DNA from: a virus | Taxonomy: Duplodnaviria > Caudoviricetes | Virus record (IMG/VR): IMGVR_UViG_3300048694_000377 | Location: 1 to 62,876 of that record | Length of the DNA: 62,876 bases | Direction: 5' to 3' (one strand) | Shown here: in pieces, positions 25,112 to 37,300 of the stretch | Layout: the number at the start of each line of letters is the position of its first letter | How positions within the stretch are numbered: the stretch's first letter is position 1 | The notes under the pieces: model-generated | Told to the model about the DNA's origin: nothing | Databases searched by the model: none | The model's input: only the letters and a program-made list of their open reading frames with translations | Position numbers and translations under genes: made by a program

Positions 25112-26655
25112 TCAACAACAAAGTGCTGGTGGTTCGCACGCGTGACCCCGGTCGCATCACGACTGCAATTAAAAAAAGCACTGAGGTAGATCAGCGGGGA
25201 GGTGTCACAGCGGTTGCCGTGCATTGGGGACTGCAAGAAGCACAGGCTTTGCGCACCCTTGGTATGAAAAAAGTACCATCACCGATTGAGCGTAACTACG
25301 CATGGCCCGGTATCTACAAACCGATGGCGCATCAGAAAGACACTGCAGGGTTCTTAACGTTACATCGCCGAGCGTTCTGTTTTAACGAGCAGGGGACTGG
25401 TAAAACTGCTTCAGCCATTTGGGCAGCGGACTACCTCATGGAGATTGGTGAGATAAAGCGCGTGCTGATTGTGTGCCCTCTGTCTATCATGCAATCTGCG
25501 TGGCAAGCCGACCTGTTTAAGTTTGCTGTCCACCGCACAGTCGATGTAGCCTACGGCCCAAGGAACAAACGACAAGCCATCATCAAGGGGCCCGCCGAGT
25601 TCATCATCATTAACTACGATGGCGTAGAGATCGTTGCCGATGAGATTGCAAACGGCGGGTTTGATTTGATCGTTATTGACGAAGCCAACGCATATAAGAC
25701 GGCAACCACAAAACGATTTAAGACCATGCGCAGTTTGGTTACACCAACCACATGGTTGTGGATGATGACGGGCACCCCTGCCGCGCAGTCGCCTCTTGAT
25801 GCGTATGGACTTGCAAAACTGTGCGTTCCAGAAAGGTCACCGTACATCTTCAGTGCGTTTCGTGATTCGGTGATGTATCAAATGACTCGGTTTAAATGGA
25901 TTCCTAAGCCCGGGGCTGAGCAGGTTGTTCACAAGCTGCTGCAACCAGCTATTCGGTACGAGAAGAAAGATTGCCTTGATTTGCCCGATGTGACGTATAC
26001 ATCTCGGCATGTGCCGCTGACTCCACAACAATCCAAGTATTACAAATCGCTTAAGAAAGAGATGTTGATTGAAGCTGCTGGCGAAGAAATTTCGGCAGTG
26101 AACGCAGCCGCAAACTTGAGTAAACTGCTGCAGATTTCTTGTGGCGCTGTGTACACTGATACTGGAGGCGTCGTAGAGTTTGACGTCTCAGATCGTTTGA
26201 ACGCTGTATTGGAAGTCATTCAAGAAGCATCTCACAAAATTTTGGTGTTTGTGCCATTTACCCATGCGTTGGAAATAGTAAAAGAATTTCTAACCAAGAA
26301 CGGCATCACAACCGAAATCATTAACGGCAGCGTCAGCGTAACCAAACGCACCGAAATATTCAAACAGTTTCAAGAAGCCGACAATCCCAAGGTGCTGCTG
26401 ATCCAACCGCAAGCTGCCTCCCACGGAGTTACCCTAACTGCGGCGAACGTGATTATTTGGTACGCTCCAGTTACATCCATTGAGACGTACTTGCAAGCAA
26501 ACGCACGCATAGATAGAACGGGTCAGCGCAATCCAATGACTATCGTGCATATTGAGGGCAGCCCAGTCGAGACCAAGTTGTATTCAGCACTCCAAAATAA
26601 ATTGGATGTGCATGAGCGCATCATTGAACTCTACAAAAACGAAATAAATACTTGA
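25102..26655 (+). CDS. SNF2-like superfamily 2 helicase
   Basis: QGTGKT, VIDEA, MTGTP, HGVTL and QANARIDR motifs. Confidence 0.9.
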   Translation: MEIINNKVLVVRTRDPGRITTAIKKSTEVDQRGGVTAVAVHWGLQEAQALRTLGMKKVPSPIERNYAWPGIYKPMAHQKDTAGFLTLHRRAFCFNEQGTGKTASAIWAADYLMEIGEIKRVLIVCPLSIMQSAWQADLFKFAVHRTVDVAYGPRNKRQAIIKGPAEFIIINYDGVEIVADEIANGGFDLIVIDEANAYKTATTKRFKTMRSLVTPTTWLWMMTGTPAAQSPLDAYGLAKLCVPERSPYIFSAFRDSVMYQMTRFKWIPKPGAEQVVHKLLQPAIRYEKKDCLDLPDVTYTSRHVPLTPQQSKYYKSLKKEMLIEAAGEEISAVNAAANLSKLLQISCGAVYTDTGGVVEFDVSDRLNAVLEVIQEASHKILVFVPFTHALEIVKEFLTKNGITTEIINGSVSVTKRTEIFKQFQEADNPKVLLIQPQAASHGVTLTAANVIIWYAPVTSIETYLQANARIDRTGQRNPMTIVHIEGSPVETKLYSALQNKLDVHERIIELYKNEINT

Positions 26656-26679
26656 CAGTGTCTAGGAAGGGTGTATAAT
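26652..26679 (+). promoter_or_regulatory. Sigma70 promoter
   Basis: TTGACA, 16 nt, TATAAT. Confidence 0.8.
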
Positions 26680-26704
26680 TGGCACCCTACAAGGAGAGAG
26701 CAAT

Positions 26705-27103
26705 ATGGAAGACGCACCCATTGAGAGAATCGTCAAGGCTTATATCAAGCTGCGCGATACAAAGGACGTACTTTACCAAGAGTACAAAAGCAAAGCCGAA
26801 GAGTTGGATGAGCAGATGGACACGCTCAAGCACCGACTTGTTGAAATTTCCAAAGAGACTGGAGCCACCAGTTTCTCAACCCCACACGGTGTTGCGTACC
26901 GCACCGTTAAAAACCGGTACTGGACAAACGATTGGGAGGAGTTTTATAAGATGATGCAACAACACGGTGCGATGGGTTTGCTTGAGAAACGCATCCACCA
27001 AACCAACATGAAGGAGTTTTTGGATAACAATCCAGACCTTCATCCAGCCGGTCTTCATATCGACAGCGAATATGAGATCACCATCCAAAGACGAAGCAAG
27101 TAA
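26705..27103 (+). CDS. Conserved replication-module coiled-coil protein
   Basis: 132 aa; AGGAG SD. Confidence 0.7.
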   Translation: MEDAPIERIVKAYIKLRDTKDVLYQEYKSKAEELDEQMDTLKHRLVEISKETGATSFSTPHGVAYRTVKNRYWTNDWEEFYKMMQQHGAMGLLEKRIHQTNMKEFLDNNPDLHPAGLHIDSEYEITIQRRSK

Positions 27104-27113
27104 GGAGAAACGC

Positions 27114-27989
27114 ATGAGTAACGACATTGCTCTTTTGAACCAAGCACCCGATTACCTCAAAGAGGTCGGCCTCGACAACATGACCAAAGCCCTTGCGGGC
27201 AACACTGCGGTCAAGCGCATCTCCATTCGTGGTGGCGTGTTCCGCATGATGGTCAATGGTGAAGAAATTGCCAAGAACGAGAACCGTTCGATGAACGTTG
27301 TGATCGTAAACGGCAACCCCAAAGTATCCCGTCAGTTCTACGCTGGCAAATACGTAGCTGGTGAGACCACTTCACCCGACTGCTGGAGTAATGACGGTGA
27401 GAAACCTGATGCCAGCATTGAGTACCCACAGCACTCTGCTTGCGATGGCTGCCCCCAAAACATCAAAGGTTCTGGTCAAGGTGACTCTCGCGCTTGCCGC
27501 TATCAGCAACGATTGGCGGTTCTTTTGGCCGATGATATTGAAGGCGATGTGTTTCAGTTGCTGCTTCCCGCGCAGTCCATCTTTGGGCGTAGTGACGTAG
27601 ACAAGATGCCCTTCCAGCAATACGCCAAGTATGTTGGTTCGATGGGCCGCAGTCTTGGTACTTTGATCACTGAGATTCGCATGGACAGCGATAGCGCTAC
27701 TCCAAAGTTAACCTTCAAACCCGTAGGTTATCTGAGCCGTGAGCAGTGGTTGGTTGCAAAAGAAAAAGCCGACTCCCCCGCCGCCAAGTCTGCAATCACT
27801 CAAACCGCTGCGCAGACCGATGGTGTGAAAAAAGTTGCCGCACCCAAAGCAGCTACTCCTGCACCTGAACCCGCTGAGGCCCAAGCTGTGCCTGAGCCTA
27901 CTAAGCGTGCTTCCAAAAAAGCCGCTGAGCCCGCACCCAAGAAGGACTTCGTGGACGTCCTGAATACTTGGGCAACCGACGACGACTGA
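27114..27989 (+). CDS. Putative ssDNA-binding/annealing protein
   Basis: Cys motif, Ala/Pro linker and acidic tail (WATDDD); lies between helicase and primase. Confidence 0.55.
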   Translation: MSNDIALLNQAPDYLKEVGLDNMTKALAGNTAVKRISIRGGVFRMMVNGEEIAKNENRSMNVVIVNGNPKVSRQFYAGKYVAGETTSPDCWSNDGEKPDASIEYPQHSACDGCPQNIKGSGQGDSRACRYQQRLAVLLADDIEGDVFQLLLPAQSIFGRSDVDKMPFQQYAKYVGSMGRSLGTLITEIRMDSDSATPKLTFKPVGYLSREQWLVAKEKADSPAAKSAITQTAAQTDGVKKVAAPKAATPAPEPAEAQAVPEPTKRASKKAAEPAPKKDFVDVLNTWATDDD

Positions 27990-28222
27990 TGGATAGCCGA
28001 GGCTACACATGGCGTCTTGTCCATGCCAATAAGAAAGCAGACGGCAGACACCCCGGCGTTAAGCTGGGGAGGTACTGTATCGAGCGAGACATTCCTGTGC
28101 GAGATGTCGCCACTGAGTTTGGCGTCAGCCGTATGACCATATACAAATGGTTTACAGGCGAATGGTTCCCACGAGAGTCGTTCGTTAGAAAGATCGTGCA
28201 GTACGTCCACGTTGGCGAATAG
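27989..28222 (+). CDS. Cro/XRE-type HTH protein
   Basis: VRDVATEFGVSRMTIYKWFTG. Confidence 0.8.
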   Translation: MDSRGYTWRLVHANKKADGRHPGVKLGRYCIERDIPVRDVATEFGVSRMTIYKWFTGEWFPRESFVRKIVQYVHVGE

Positions 28223-28284
28223 GGGTTGCACTGCGGGGCCAGCCGCGCCCCCAGTGCATTTGTTTCAGCGGTGCAGAGGCGGCT

Positions 28285-31131
28285 ATGACAAGAACAGATT
28301 TTTTGTCGGCAGTACTATCCCCAAATGGATGGTATTGTGTCGTCGGTCTCAAAAAGACCGGCCTCCCCAAGCAAGTGTTTGTGCAGGGGTTGGACGAAGT
28401 TGATGGGGTGGTAAGCGACTTACTTGCAAAACACTTTGATGTGTACTTTGCTTGTGCAAAATACGAGACCGACAAGTCTCGAACGACCGACAATGTGAAG
28501 TCGGTTAAATCTTTTTGGTTGGATATTGATTGTGGTGAGGGTAAGCCCTATGCTACGCAAGGCGATGGGCTCGCGGCGCTTAAAACGTTTTGCGATGCGG
28601 TCGGCCTCCCCAAACCATGCGTGATTAACTCTGGCAGAGGCGTGCATGTCTACTGGCCGTTGACTGCCGAGATCACAAAAGAACAGTGGAAACCCGTGGC
28701 GACACGGCTCAAGGCGCTCTGCGCTGAACATGAGTTTGAAGCTGACCCAGCGCGTACTGCGGATGTGGCGTCCATCATGCGCATGCCAGACACTTTCAAC
28801 CACAAGGGCAATCCACCTTTGGAAGTCAAAGTCATGGCGATGGGTAAGCCCGTCGACTACGAGACGTTAAAGTCCAAGCTTGGTGTGCTTGATGAGGTGC
28901 CGGACTACCTGCCGACTTACACAGATGACATGACTCGGGCCCTGATGGGCAACAAACAACACCGATTCAGCATCATCGTGGACAAGAACGCAAAGGGGCG
29001 GGGGTGTTTCCAACTCACCAAAGCCATAGCCGAGCAAGCCACGATTGAAGAGCCGCGTTGGCGTGCTGCGCTTTCAATTGCAGCGCATTGTGTTGACGCC
29101 GACTCAGCCATTCACGACATATCCAAAGACCATCCGGACTACGACGCCACATCAACTGCTGAAAAAGCACACAAGATCAAAGGTCCCTACACCTGCGAGA
29201 AGTGGGAGGGGCTTAACCCAAGCGGGTGCGACAACTGTATTCACAAAGGCAAGATCACTTCCCCAATCGTTCTTGGCGGGGAGATTGCCATTGCAACTGA
29301 AGCCGATAACACCATTCAGTACACGGCGCCAGCCGCCGCCGCGCCGACCACATACAAAGTTCCTGAGTATCCGTTTCCCTACTTTCGTGGCAAGAACGGC
29401 GGCGTCTACCGTAAGAACGACGACGAAGACGATCCAGACCCAGTGATGATTTACGAGCACGACCTCTATGTGGTCAAGCGGCTCAAAGACCCACAGGCTG
29501 GTGAAGTGATTTGGATGCGCCTGCATACACCTCGGGATGGCGTCAAAGAGTTTGCTTTGCCAGCAGTTGAATTGCTGACAAGCGATAAGTTGCGAGAGCG
29601 TTTGGCTTGGTACGGCGTGATCGCATTAAAAAAGCAGATGGACGGCATCATGGCCTACATCGTTCGATTTGCAAAAGAGTTGCAGTACAAAGAAGGAGCA
29701 GAAATCATGCGTTCACAATTTGGGTGGACGGAAAAGGATAAGTCATTTATTGTCGGCGACACTGAGATTTGTGCCGACGGCGATAGATACAGCCCTCCGT
29801 CAAGCGGCACCAACCAACTGGCAGACTACTTTGCTCCTGTTGGCTCTTTGGAAGAGTGGCAGTCTGTCATCAATATTTATGACCGACATGGGTTTGAGCC
29901 CCATGCGTTTGGGTTTTTTACTGCGTTCGGCGCACCGCTGATGAAGCACTTGCACCTCAAAGGCGCCATCATCAACATGATTAACAATCAGTCTGGCACT
30001 GGCAAGACCACTGCGATCAAAGCCATGCACAGCGTTTATGGGCACCCCGAAGAGCTGATGCTCATTCAGCGAGACACAATGAACGTGCGTTTGCACCGCT
30101 TAGGAGTCATGAATAATCTTGGCCTCGGTTGCGATGAGATCACCAAAATGTCGTCGGACGACTTCTCTGATTTTGCCTATGCGGTGTCGCAAGGGCGGGG
30201 TCGAGGGCGCATGAAGTCAAACGAGAACGCTGAACGCCTGAACATGACCAAGTGGCAGACCATCTTGTTGTGTTCGTCAAATGCCTCGGCAGTGGAGAAA
30301 TTGCAGTCATTGAAGTCAACACCAGACGGCGAACTGATGCGCTTAATTGAATACGAAATCCCTGAGACCAAGCTGCTGACCAAGGCTGAAGCCGATAATA
30401 TTTATCCTAAACTCTATACGAATTATGGGCATGCGGGACGCATTTACATACGAGACTTGGTATCAAATCTTGAAGAGCGCATTGCAGAAGTCAAAGAAGT
30501 GCAGCGCATCATCGATCAGAAGATTGGGTTTACTAATAGGGAAAGATTTTGGTCAGGCGTTGCGGCTTGCAATATTGCCGGTGCTTTATTTGCCAAGCGC
30601 CTTGGGCTGTTCGATATCGACGTTGGGCGTGTGTTCAAGTGGATGCTCAAAGAGTTTTCGCAGATGCGCCAAGAGATCAAACCCCCTGCATCGACCCATG
30701 CCAGCGTTGTTGGAGAATTTTGGAACGAACATCGCCGCAATACCTTGATCATCAATGCCGAAGTTGACAAGCGCACGGGTGTCGAGATGCTGCCAATTTT
30801 GGAACCGCAAGGTGAGCTGATCATCCGCATGGAGCCAGACTCGCAACGGCTCTACATCATTGCAAAGAAGTTGCGCAACTGGTGCGCCGCCCATCAGATT
30901 ACCATCAAAGATGTTTTAAATTCGCTCACAGCCGACGGCGTCTACATGGGCGTTGTCAAGAAGCGCATGGCCAAGGGTACCAAGCTGACAAGTGTTCCAG
31001 CCGTGGACACCTTCATGTTTGATTGTTCTAAAGGAGACTTCATCGACCCCGACCTCATAGCAGCCGCCGTGAAAAATGAAGGTGAAGACGCAGAAGAAGC
31101 CGAGGTTGCCAGTGAAGGTGAACGGGCTTGA
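28285..31131 (+). CDS. Primase-helicase (AEP/RepB-like primase, Zn finger, DUF927-type helicase)
   Basis: LDID, SGRGVHVYW, RMP..FN.K, C..C.H, SGTGKTT and DE motifs. Confidence 0.85.
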   Translation: MTRTDFLSAVLSPNGWYCVVGLKKTGLPKQVFVQGLDEVDGVVSDLLAKHFDVYFACAKYETDKSRTTDNVKSVKSFWLDIDCGEGKPYATQGDGLAALKTFCDAVGLPKPCVINSGRGVHVYWPLTAEITKEQWKPVATRLKALCAEHEFEADPARTADVASIMRMPDTFNHKGNPPLEVKVMAMGKPVDYETLKSKLGVLDEVPDYLPTYTDDMTRALMGNKQHRFSIIVDKNAKGRGCFQLTKAIAEQATIEEPRWRAALSIAAHCVDADSAIHDISKDHPDYDATSTAEKAHKIKGPYTCEKWEGLNPSGCDNCIHKGKITSPIVLGGEIAIATEADNTIQYTAPAAAAPTTYKVPEYPFPYFRGKNGGVYRKNDDEDDPDPVMIYEHDLYVVKRLKDPQAGEVIWMRLHTPRDGVKEFALPAVELLTSDKLRERLAWYGVIALKKQMDGIMAYIVRFAKELQYKEGAEIMRSQFGWTEKDKSFIVGDTEICADGDRYSPPSSGTNQLADYFAPVGSLEEWQSVINIYDRHGFEPHAFGFFTAFGAPLMKHLHLKGAIINMINNQSGTGKTTAIKAMHSVYGHPEELMLIQRDTMNVRLHRLGVMNNLGLGCDEITKMSSDDFSDFAYAVSQGRGRGRMKSNENAERLNMTKWQTILLCSSNASAVEKLQSLKSTPDGELMRLIEYEIPETKLLTKAEADNIYPKLYTNYGHAGRIYIRDLVSNLEERIAEVKEVQRIIDQKIGFTNRERFWSGVAACNIAGALFAKRLGLFDIDVGRVFKWMLKEFSQMRQEIKPPASTHASVVGEFWNEHRRNTLIINAEVDKRTGVEMLPILEPQGELIIRMEPDSQRLYIIAKKLRNWCAAHQITIKDVLNSLTADGVYMGVVKKRMAKGTKLTSVPAVDTFMFDCSKGDFIDPDLIAAAVKNEGEDAEEAEVASEGERA

Positions 31132-31309
31132 GTACCGGATTAACTGGAGAAAGTTCCGTGTGGGCTGGTCGTTCTTCGTGCCATGCCTGCATTTGGAGGA
31201 GAGCAAAGAAACCATCGCATCCGTGACTAAGCGCCTTGGCTACAAAGTCATCATCAAACCTGTTATTGAGGAAGGCATCAAAGGACTGCGGGTTTGGCGA
31301 GTGAAATAA
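31112..31309 (+). CDS. Small protein (possible DNA-binding)
   Basis: W.KF.VG.SFFVPC...GLRVWRVK. Start at 31112 or 31076. Confidence 0.65.
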   Translation: MKVNGLEYRINWRKFRVGWSFFVPCLHLEESKETIASVTKRLGYKVIIKPVIEEGIKGLRVWRVK

Positions 31310-31319
31310 TACCCCCCTT

Positions 31320-31345
31320 GGCCCTGCTTCGGCGGGGTCTTTTTT
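31320..31345 (+). terminator. Terminator at the convergence of the two arms
   Basis: GGCCCTGC-TTCG-GCGGGGTC-TTTTTT. Confidence 0.8.
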
Positions 31346-34300
31346 ATCTGTTGCCGTAGTAGAGCATTGGGCCGGTGCGACCGTACAATTTTTCGTCCAG
31401 CTTTGCGCCCATAGCTTCGGCTTGTGCTTTTGCTTCTGCACGGGCGTCAAACGACTTGTCGATAGCATCGCCGTCAATAGCGGCTTGCGGGTATTTAAGG
31501 GAAAACTCGTTGGCTTTTGCCAAGGCATCTGTGTAACTTGGCGTACCACGCTCCATCCACAGCCGGTTTAACAAAGTGTTACGACGGTCAAGGATTTTTT
31601 GCTGGTAGGTTTTGGCTTGGATAGCAGCTTTTTGCGCCAGCGCTAGTTTTTCCGGTTGCAATCCAATCGCTTGCATAGCCAAATTCCAAGTGGTGAATTC
31701 TTCTGGATACAAGCCACCGATGACTTCGCCGCTACGGGTTGTTGCGCCTTCAGTACCGAGTCTATATGCAGTCCCCGGTTTTGAAAACAGCGCGGGCGCA
31801 GCTTTCTCGTACGCTTTGAGGAATTGACCTTCACTCGCCAATTGCCAAGCGTCGGCCCAATTGAACCCAAGGCCAACGGACGGGCCAAGATTAGCAAACA
31901 CTTCTTGTTGAAACGATTCGCGGGCGTCTGGCGAATAACGACCTTCGCGCCACCACAAATTTTTCATATCCAAACTGACACGGTCTGCAAGAGACGTGCC
32001 GGTCAAAGCAGCAACAGGCCCCCGTGCAATAGCTAAGCCAAGTTGTTTACCCGCTTCTTCAGACTTGCCAGCCGCCATACCCATCTTGGTAAAGATCGCG
32101 GCCGCCGCTCCGCCAACGTCTTTCGCCATAAAGTTGTAGAACCAGTTCTCCCAATCAAAGAACTCGTCGTCGTCATCATCCGGAGCAAACATTTTGATCA
32201 ATGTGCCCAACATTGAGAAGAAGGGCTGAGCTGCGATACCACCAAAGAGGAATGTCATGCCCATAACGCCAGCCAAACGTTTCATACCTTCACGGTAAAT
32301 CTCTTTGCGGTACGCTTCGGCTTCGTCCAAACGTTGGTCAATTACAGTTTGCGACAACCCGTCCTTAATCATTTGCTGCCGAAACTGCTCAATCTCAGCT
32401 TTACGAAACGGAGCACCAACACTCAGATAGAAGTCTCTCAGTACGTTGTATGTAGCTGTGATGGCGTACTGTTTGAACTGTGTAATCAAGTTGACTGATG
32501 GCACCGTAAAGATACGACCCTTCATCTGACGGGTATAGTCACCAAGCGTCAAACCAGCAATATCGCGTGCTTCTTGAATGGCAAGCTCAAATGCTTCGTT
32601 TGAAGTGTACTTAGCTGGTTGCCCAGTGGTAGGGTCGCGTTGCACCACACCACGAATGTCTGTGCGGTCGGCTTTAGAAAACTTCTCATGTGCAAGTTCA
32701 AACGCAGTCAGCAGTGCAACTTCTCGGTTGAAACGTTCGCCCTGATGGAACAAGCCCGACATCACCTTTTTGATCGTATTGACTTTGCCAGTATAGAGGG
32801 CAGACGGCTGCTCACTCATGTCAAAAATGTCATTGGTCATGGAGATGTTGATATCTCCGTCGTCAATAAATCGGTCTGCGGCTCGCTTAAGCAATGGGTT
32901 TAGCGTAGCGCCTTCTACAAGAGAGGGGAAAGATACCTGCATAAAGTTGCCGGTTACCAGTGGCGCCAGCGAACGCTTAGGCATCGTAGCTGAATACAAA
33001 GCGGCGTTCTTGAGCATCAGCGCATTTGTTCTGGCATAACCATATCGAGCGCCAATTCGTGGCATTGTAAGTACGGCCATGCCGACAGTGTTCAACAACA
33101 CGCTTGCAGGCGCCGACAGCATGAAGTAGAACGTTGTGTTTGTAACCGCACCGACAGCGCGAGCGACAGGACTTGTGTCTTCTACGCCAAGAACGTTCTT
33201 TGTGCGGTTTTCCAACTCAAGCACATAATCACGATACACCGCTCCTTGCTGGGGAGTAATGAAATGATTAGCCTCCAAGTCGTCGATATAGCCCCGTGCA
33301 TTGTTGATGTTGTTGACGAATGGCTCGGCAAACTTAAAACGTGCTTGTTGATATGCGCTATGCACGGCGGTCTTGGAGAACACCCGCAGCATGTCTGCGC
33401 TTGCACCTTGAATAGCTTTGCGGTTGATAAACATCTTGCGCATGCTCTGTTCAGGCAGCAACAAATAGATCAATTGGTTAATGCTATCTTTGATTTCAGC
33501 CTTCAACCCCGGCACATCGGTAGCAGTCAGCCCATCTACAACTTTTTCCATGTCACGCAAAACTTGCGTGGTAGCAACATTCTTTGAGAACAATTCCGAG
33601 ATGCCATCGCCCATGCGCATGGTTTCAGCGGCGGCTTGCTGTTGTTTATTCCCAGCCAACAATTGGCGGCGACGCTTGTTAAACGCAAAATTCCGTGCAG
33701 TTGCGCTTTCAAAAGTATAGAACTCTTTAAAGTCGCCTTTACCAATTTGGAACCAGTGTTTGCCAAAACGACGCAACGGGAAGTAAGGTTTGACCAATTT
33801 ATCTGGGCCAAACTGTTCATTGATTTTGCGGATCATTTCTTGGCGCTCGGCCTTGGGCAACCCCAAGGCGCGTTGCTTCATCGTGCGGACCATCTCTTTG
33901 ACAGAGTCGGCGTAGAACTCACGCACTTCACGATAGAGCTGTTTGAACTCAGGCTTCAGAGCATTCCAAGCATTGTCAAGCGCATCAGGTGCAGCACCGG
34001 GTGCTGGACCCAAGTCTGGGTCACGAGAACGAATGGTCGCCTCAATCATGATGCGGCCCATCAAACCAGATTGTTTGGGGTTGTTGCTTTGTAGCTTAGA
34101 CCATTTTTGAACAATGTCTTCCGCAATTTTAATTTTCTTACCGCGATATGACACCATCTGCTCAACGATGTTAACGGCGCCTGTAATTTGCGGGAACTTG
34201 GTTCGAGTCAGGTCTTTGAGCTGGCGCAATTGCAGCACTGGCAAAACGACAGCACGGACTGCTGTGCCGCTGGCGTTCCACAAAGCACCGCTCAAGTCTT

Positions 34301-37300
34301 TTAAAGCCGAGCCCAAAGGCACGCGGCCTTTTACCGCATCGGACAGTTCATCTTGGATTGTCGTTTGCACCGACTCGGCGGTGCGCCAAGTGTCAGGCTT
34401 GCTGATTGGGCCGCGAACGCGCTTCCCCTTGGCAAACACCAAAGGCATAGCAGCTACACCTGCCGGACGTTGCGGAGACAACAACTCATTGATGGCAGAC
34501 ATAGAGGCACCGGCTAAATTGCCAAGGCCAAACATATCTGCCACTACCTGCAAAAACCGATTGAATAGCGAAGTCTTTCTGGGTGGGTATTGCACACCTT
34601 TGAGCTTGGCTTGGAACTTTGGGTTTGTCATCGCTTCGGCGACAAACTCAGATATGTTTCTAAACCCATACTCATCGGGCGACAGTTTGGTCTGCGCATA
34701 CGCATACATTGCAAGCAAATCTTTCTTAGCCTGAGCCTGCGCAGGGGTTAGAGCTACCTTTTCGGCAAGAATGTAATCCGTAGCAGCATGCACAATTTCA
34801 TGCAACACTGTGCGGTTGCTGGAGCCAAAGAAGTCGTCCGGTTTGATATTGATCGTATCAAGGGTCGGCGCAAAAAAGCCGCGTGCCGTCAGTCCCGGCA
34901 TGGACTTGTTGTAGGCAAGGCGCACTGCGCCAAGCTCAGTGTTCACTGGGCCAATGTTGATGCCCGACCCCGGTAGCCTACGCAACCCCTCAAACACTCG
35001 CTCAAGGTTCTCGGCCTTGTCGTAGTCTTTGAAGTGCTGCTCGTAGAACTTGGGAGCCTCACGGCTCAAGTATGCAAACAGCCGAAGTTGCTCTTGCGCA
35101 GAACGGTCATCTATTACTCTTTTAACCAGCGCACGTTGGTTGTTAAAAATAATGTTGGTTGGCAAATTCAGTTCGGCCAAACGTTTAGCCAACTCTGAAT
35201 AAAGACCTGACGTGGTGCGTGCAATTGCACGCAGGGCTCCGTTAACATCGTTGCGGTTGATAGCATCTACGATGTCTTGGTTCAGTCCTTTTACGCTTGC
35301 TGGAGCAGTGCTTCCAGTTGTTCGGGGGATTCCGCTTGTTGGGTTAACAGCACCAGCGGCTCGTAGAGCTTCATACCCTGTTGGTCCCCTTCCTGCCGGT
35401 AGAGGCCGTATTGTGTCCGGGTCGCGACTTGCAGCGCTTCCATCCGATGCTGAGGCGGAACCTTTTTCGTAGTCTCTAAGAGACTTTGCAGTGTTTGCAG
35501 TTGTTGAACGTCCATATGCTTCCCTCATTGCGGTGTATGTTGATTCGTGCCGAGTCAGCACATCCATGAGTGCATCACGGAAGTAGTCGGCAAGACCTTC
35601 GTCGGCAAAGTACTGGCGCACTTTTAGCATGTGCGCGTTGTGGCCTTCACCGTGGCCCATGTCTCCAGTATGGGCGATTTCGTGGGTCATAGTTTCCCAC
35701 AAATACTCTCGCACACCAAACAGTGTCTTGGCCCCGAAATCATAGAACGGATTAACCAACACGGCCTTGTATGGCACTTTAATATGTACGCCACCGTATT
35801 GTTTGTCGACCGATACACCCGCAAAGAACAAATTCTCAGGCTTCAATACATCGTAGCCATACATGCGGCTATCGGCTGCGGCTTCTTTCATTTCCACCAT
35901 CAGCGTGCCAAGTTCAGCAAAGAACTGCTCGGGATTGCCATACTCGCTACCAACCGCAAGTAAGTCAACATTGGTGTTGTTATGGAAGATTGGCAGCTTC
36001 GGGTCTTGCGACATTTGCGTGAGGAAGTCCTCCATTTTGGGGGCTTCTTTTTCCGCTTTGAAAGTGCCTTCTCTTTCTTTTTCTTGTTTTTTAGCAGTAT
36101 CGGCCAGCACTTTGCCAGTGTCTATTGCAACAACTTTAGTACCTTCAATTCGCACTTCTTTTGGCATTGGCGGCAATTCTTTACGCTCACCGGTGCCACG
36201 TTGGTCAAAAGCTTTGCGTAGCTTTTTGGAAGCATCAGCAATATCTTTGCCCGCCTCAACGCGAGGCATAGACACAATATTTTTGAAGTTTTCTTGCAAA
36301 TCTGCGGCTTCATTCCCGCGAGCAATTTTTGCAAGGTATTCTTGCAAAGCCTCGATATCGTTTTTTAACCGACCTTTAAATCGCTCGCGACTATTTTCAA
36401 ACGGATAGTCAGGGTGCTTTGCTTCAACATTAGGTTTGATGTTAACAATAATGTCGTACGGAATTTTTTCTTGTTGGTTTAGCTTGAAATCGGAATTGAA
36501 CTGATACACACCAGAAGAAAGCACTTGGTGTTTAATGCTCCAATTGCTGCCGGAATTACGTTCTTTGCTGAAATAAATGTCAGCGCTACCCCAGTCAAAA
36601 TTAACTTTGAACTGAATGTACTTGTCTGCGGGGAACTCAAGTCCAACTGGCAATGTGGTTACATCATCGCCAAACGAAGATTTTTTTATGGTTTCGACGG
36701 TTACCGGACCAATCAATGGCTGTTGCAACGCATCATAGAATTCAGGATTACCCGAAAAATAAATGTCTTTTTTATCGCCCGTTTTAGGATCAGTATAGTG
36801 TTCAGGAATCTTAACTGTAACAGTCGTGCCGTGCTCGCTTTTTGGCGCAGGTGATTTGACTATCTGAAAATTGCTTTTAGCGATATCTTGAGCCGAAGTA
36901 TCAACCCGTACCCGCACGCCATCTCGAACGGTATCAAGGATCAAACGTTCTGAGCCAAGCATAAACCCCATTTTGGCCAAACCCAAACCGCCGCTTCGTT
37001 GGTTTACAGGAACGTCAGATTTATCGGACCCTGCTACAGTGAAAAACGCGTTGCGAACAATCTCAGGTGTCATGCCCCGAGCGTTGTCAGTTACAGTAAT
37101 GGTACGGGCGTCGTCATCAATGGTAATGGTAATTTTGCCACTTTTATACAGCGGTGTAATTTTTTCACCAGCGCCGTTAACATTTGATACTGCACCCTTC
37201 ACAGCGTCAAATGCGTTTTGCAATAATTCTTTAACTGCAACATCGGCAACTGTACCAGCGTACATATTTGCACCGAGTAATTGGATCAAGCCGCCCATGT

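Noticed and set aside
7608-31131. Inteins or introns in terL, polA, helicase or primase
   Set aside because: The ORFs are continuous and of ordinary length, with no splice-junction motifs noticed.
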